This document shows positions 48,770-51,532 of a stretch of DNA of 51,532 nucleotides, in pieces; positions within the stretch are counted from its first letter, which is position 1; the number at the start of each line of letters is the position of its first letter. A program made the translations under genes and the position numbers. The notes under the pieces were generated by a model that saw only the letters and a program-made list of their open reading frames with translations, was not told the DNA's origin and made no database searches. This stretch comes from Parcubacteria group bacterium GW2011_GWD2_38_11 (GTDB taxonomy: Bacteria > Patescibacteriota > Minisyncoccia > Moranbacterales > GWC2-37-73), in assembly GCA_000992325.1 (NCBI GenBank), contig LBTZ01000002.1:1-51532 (forward strand). The letters run 5' to 3'.

Positions 48770-49324
48770 TCAATACAATTTGAATTTTAATTTCAACTCT
48801 TCTTCATTTGAAATATTAACAATTTCCCCATAGCGGACCAAATTTCGAAGCTGAAAATATTCCGTGATAAAATTTATTTCATCCAAACATGGAAAAGGAT
48901 GCACAAAAACAGATTTTTGTATCTCCCTAAATCCAATATCTTTCAATTTATCTCTAAGGATATTTCTTTCCGATCTTCTCTTTTCTGGAATATCAAACAT
49001 CACAATTCTCCATTTCTTGTCCCACCGCAGAGGTTTGGCAATTTCGATTGTACCTATTTTAAATTCAAGCGTTTTCAGTTTTCCTTTTTCGGTTAACACG
49101 ATCTTGGTTAATCCATTTTCTTGCTCAATATATTCAACTAAACGCTCTTGTTTAAATTCTTTTACTACGCGATAAAGATACTGTTTATTTATTTCATGCC
49201 AATCCTTTTTGAGGGTTTTAAAAACATAGCGTTGTGATTTTGGATTATTCGCAAAACCAAGTGCCAACCCTCCAGCAAGAAGAAGTAATACCTTTCTTTT
49301 AATTGGGCTTCTGATTACTTTCAT
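48770..49324 (-). CDS. PaaX-like protein (winged HTH plus Cas2-like domain)
   Basis: LTEKG, WDKKWRIVMFDIPE, LRDKL...GF...QKSVF. Confidence 0.85.
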   Translation of the reverse strand: MKVIRSPIKRKVLLLLAGGLALGFANNPKSQRYVFKTLKKDWHEINKQYLYRVVKEFKQERLVEYIEQENGLTKIVLTEKGKLKTLEFKIGTIEIAKPLRWDKKWRIVMFDIPEKRRSERNILRDKLKDIGFREIQKSVFVHPFPCLDEINFITEYFQLRNLVRYGEIVNISNEEELKLKFKLY

Positions 49325-49350
49325 CTTGTTTTAATAAAAATTTATCCATC

Positions 49351-49386
49351 ATACCAAAACTCGACGACCGCATAGTTTTGGCATAT
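49351..49386. repeat. Palindromic repeat copy 2
   Basis: ataccaaaactcgacgaccgcatagttttggcatat; 33/36 identical to 48626-48661. Confidence 0.9.
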
Positions 49387-49501
49387 ATAATAAATTAATG
49401 ATTTTTATTTTTTGAACCTAAATTTCTAACACCAAATTGGTTTGATTAATGCTATAATGTCATCTCAAGTGAAGTGAGTCCGACAATCTTAACGCTTTTT
49501 A

Positions 49502-49918
49502 TTATTTTTTTGCTTTTCGAGATTCCCAGAAAATTATACCGAGACTTGAAATTAAAAAAATTACAGGCAATAAAAAGATTGCTAATTCCTTAATACTAGG
49601 AAAAAACATATCGCCCATAGAAGGCAAGAAAAAAATAGATACAATTGAAATTGGAATAAAAATTATCGCAAATTTTGACCAAGCATTAAAAATTTGTTCG
49701 CGTAAAAATACTATTATGAAAGATATGATAAAAATCGGAACGGCAAAGACAAAAAAAGGCAATATGACAGTGTTAGAAATATCTATATATTTATGCAAAC
49801 AATTAATATCGTTTTTTACACAAAGTCCAAAAATATCTGGTGATCCAAGCACTAGACTCAAGATAGATACAGTAGTTGATCCGATCAAAATCCAATAATT
49901 TTTTTTCTTATAATTCAT
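49502..49918 (-). CDS. Small 4-TM membrane protein
   Basis: 138 aa, hydrophobic, C-x6-C loop, W.KFA motif. Confidence 0.75.
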   Translation of the reverse strand: MNYKKKNYWILIGSTTVSILSLVLGSPDIFGLCVKNDINCLHKYIDISNTVILPFFVFAVPIFIISFIIVFLREQIFNAWSKFAIIFIPISIVSIFFLPSMGDMFFPSIKELAIFLLPVIFLISSLGIIFWESRKAKK

Positions 49919-49950
49919 ATTTTTTTATTTTAGCACAAATTAATTAATAA

Positions 49951-51532
49951 TTACATTGCAAGTATTTTATCCATAATCCCCATCAATTTTTCCGCTTCGT
50001 CTTTCAGAATGCGGAATTTTTCAGGAGTATTAATGTCGCTGAAAACTTCAATTTGATGTTTTACATTTCTCAACATTGCATCAGCGGCTACACTATGACC
50101 TTTTTCCAATTGTTTTTTAGCGTTGTCTATTTTATTAACCAATCGATCCTTAACCGTCTTGTCGACATCAAGAGAGCTAATAATTTTTTCAAAAATTTCC
50201 AACAGATCCTCTCTTTTAATCACTTCTCCTGGTCGAAAAATCGCATCGATTTGTCCATCATTTTCCACATCTATTTTCATTTCGCCAATGCTATCAGAAA
50301 TTAAAATTTCAGCTTTCATTCCTTGCATAACAGGAATATTAGTAAATGTGGTTGTTTTGACGTCTTGCTTGCCGATAACTTCATCAATTTCAAAAGTAAA
50401 TGTTCCCAAATCTTCCCCTTCAAGAATAACAGTCTGGACAAGATTTCCTTCTGATCCAGCATATTTTGTTTCGCCAAACTCCATATAATATGAATTAGGA
50501 ATCTGTTTTTCAAAAAATCTCAAATCAGAAAGTGGATTTTTGTTTTCAATAAGACCAGTATGCCTTCCATCTTTATCATAAATATGCAACGCCACAGGAG
50601 AATGCAGGCGATATCGGAGACTTTTATCTTCATTTTTTACTTCCGGTTTTTCCATAGAAATATAATTTACTGATTCCTTTTTTCCCTGAATAATATTTTT
50701 AATGAAATCTTGTAATGGTTCAATTTCTAATATATCTGCATGTTCTCTACTAACCTTAAAATCTAAATCCAAAAGATTATTATAAAGCTTAAGATCAACA
50801 TAATATCTTTCCGCATTACCATCCATTTCCACTGCACTTGGAACAACCACTGTTTCGTCTCCATCTTGTGTGAAAAGCAATGAGCGATCAATATTGCTCA
50901 ATTTATTGGGACAGAAAATAAAATCGCAATCATCATATTTTATGCCCCTAATCGTATCCAATCCCCAACCTGCGATCTGGACAACCTCCATACCCGCAGG
51001 AGCTTGCCATAAATCCAAAGATTCATGGGTTTTTTCAGCTTGAGAGAAAAAATTATCCTTAAGCACATTTGGCGAATCAGTATCATCAGTATCAGGTTCA
51101 GTACGCTTACCATCATCACCAAGCAAGAATTTTTTGAACTCATCAAAATTATTAATATCATTTCCGAAGATTGATGGAAAATCATATATATTTTTCACGT
51201 CTGAATCAAATTCAATAACAGGACTTTGAACAACATCAAAATATTTTTTTGATGGAAGAAGGTTGTAAGCACTAATCATATTTTCTCCAAATCCACGCGC
51301 GGTCTTCTTGTCAAGAATCACCCCATAAAGAAAATTAGACCCATCTCCATGCAAAAGTCCTAATGCAGCTTTAGGTGTGCCAATCTGAGGAGTGGCAACC
51401 ATAATGATACGATCTACAAGTTTTTCCTCTCCACTTTTTTTCAAACTATCAACAATAACTTTTGCAAGCAAGCCGCCATTACTATGTCCGATAAGTGTCA
51501 CTTTTCCTGTTTTTGATTCCTTTGCTGAATTT
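49951..51532 (-). CDS. Alpha/beta-hydrolase (lipase/LCAT-like) protein, partial (5' end outside window)
   Basis: LIGHSNGG nucleophile elbow, ATPQIGTPKA, GDETV, EH; frame open to the window end. Confidence 0.85.
   Translation of the reverse strand, partial: NSAKESKTGKVTLIGHSNGGLLAKVIVDSLKKSGEEKLVDRIIMVATPQIGTPKAALGLLHGDGSNFLYGVILDKKTARGFGENMISAYNLLPSKKYFDVVQSPVIEFDSDVKNIYDFPSIFGNDINNFDEFKKFLLGDDGKRTEPDTDDTDSPNVLKDNFFSQAEKTHESLDLWQAPAGMEVVQIAGWGLDTIRGIKYDDCDFIFCPNKLSNIDRSLLFTQDGDETVVVPSAVEMDGNAERYYVDLKLYNNLLDLDFKVSREHADILEIEPLQDFIKNIIQGKKESVNYISMEKPEVKNEDKSLRYRLHSPVALHIYDKDGRHTGLIENKNPLSDLRFFEKQIPNSYYMEFGETKYAGSEGNLVQTVILEGEDLGTFTFEIDEVIGKQDVKTTTFTNIPVMQGMKAEILISDSIGEMKIDVENDGQIDAIFRPGEVIKREDLLEIFEKIISSLDVDKTVKDRLVNKIDNAKKQLEKGHSVAADAMLRNVKHQIEVFSDINTPEKFRILKDEAEKLMGIMDKILAM

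Noticed and set aside
48618..49386. CRISPR array or cas locus around the Cas2-like gene
   Set aside because: Only two good repeat copies separated by ~690 bp, no spacer-sized units, and no cas1 or effector genes in the window.
48618..49386. Integron attC sites
   Set aside because: Hairpin ends do not fit RYYYAAC/GTTRRRY boxes and no integrase is present.

Overview
AT-rich bacterial window dominated by cell-surface glycan genes: three ArnT/PMT-like (GT-C) transferases, several GT2/GT4 enzymes, two UDP-glucose dehydrogenases, a UDP-glucuronate decarboxylase, and a ~24 kb minus-strand operon (47425->23241) rich in methyl-, acetyl- and radical-SAM modifying enzymes. Gene content and sparse Shine-Dalgarno use suggest Patescibacteria/CPR (Parcubacteria, possibly Moranbacteria); this is an inference. 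No rRNA, tRNA, CRISPR array or transposase was seen. The most interesting signal is between the genes. (1) Two four-helix-bundle genes and one GxxExxY nuclease-like gene each sit between register-matched inverted arms built from short tandem units, and 'empty' and 'solo' versions of such arms occur elsewhere, suggesting hairpin-bounded gene cassettes. (2) A DUF3800 gene converges on a ~100-nt multi-stem RNA with its own promoter. (3) A PaaX/Cas2-like gene is bracketed by 36-bp palindromic direct repeats with a conserved loop. (4) GTCAT-type palindromic repeats have invaded coding sequences in frame. All family assignments are from motif recognition by eye, not database searches.
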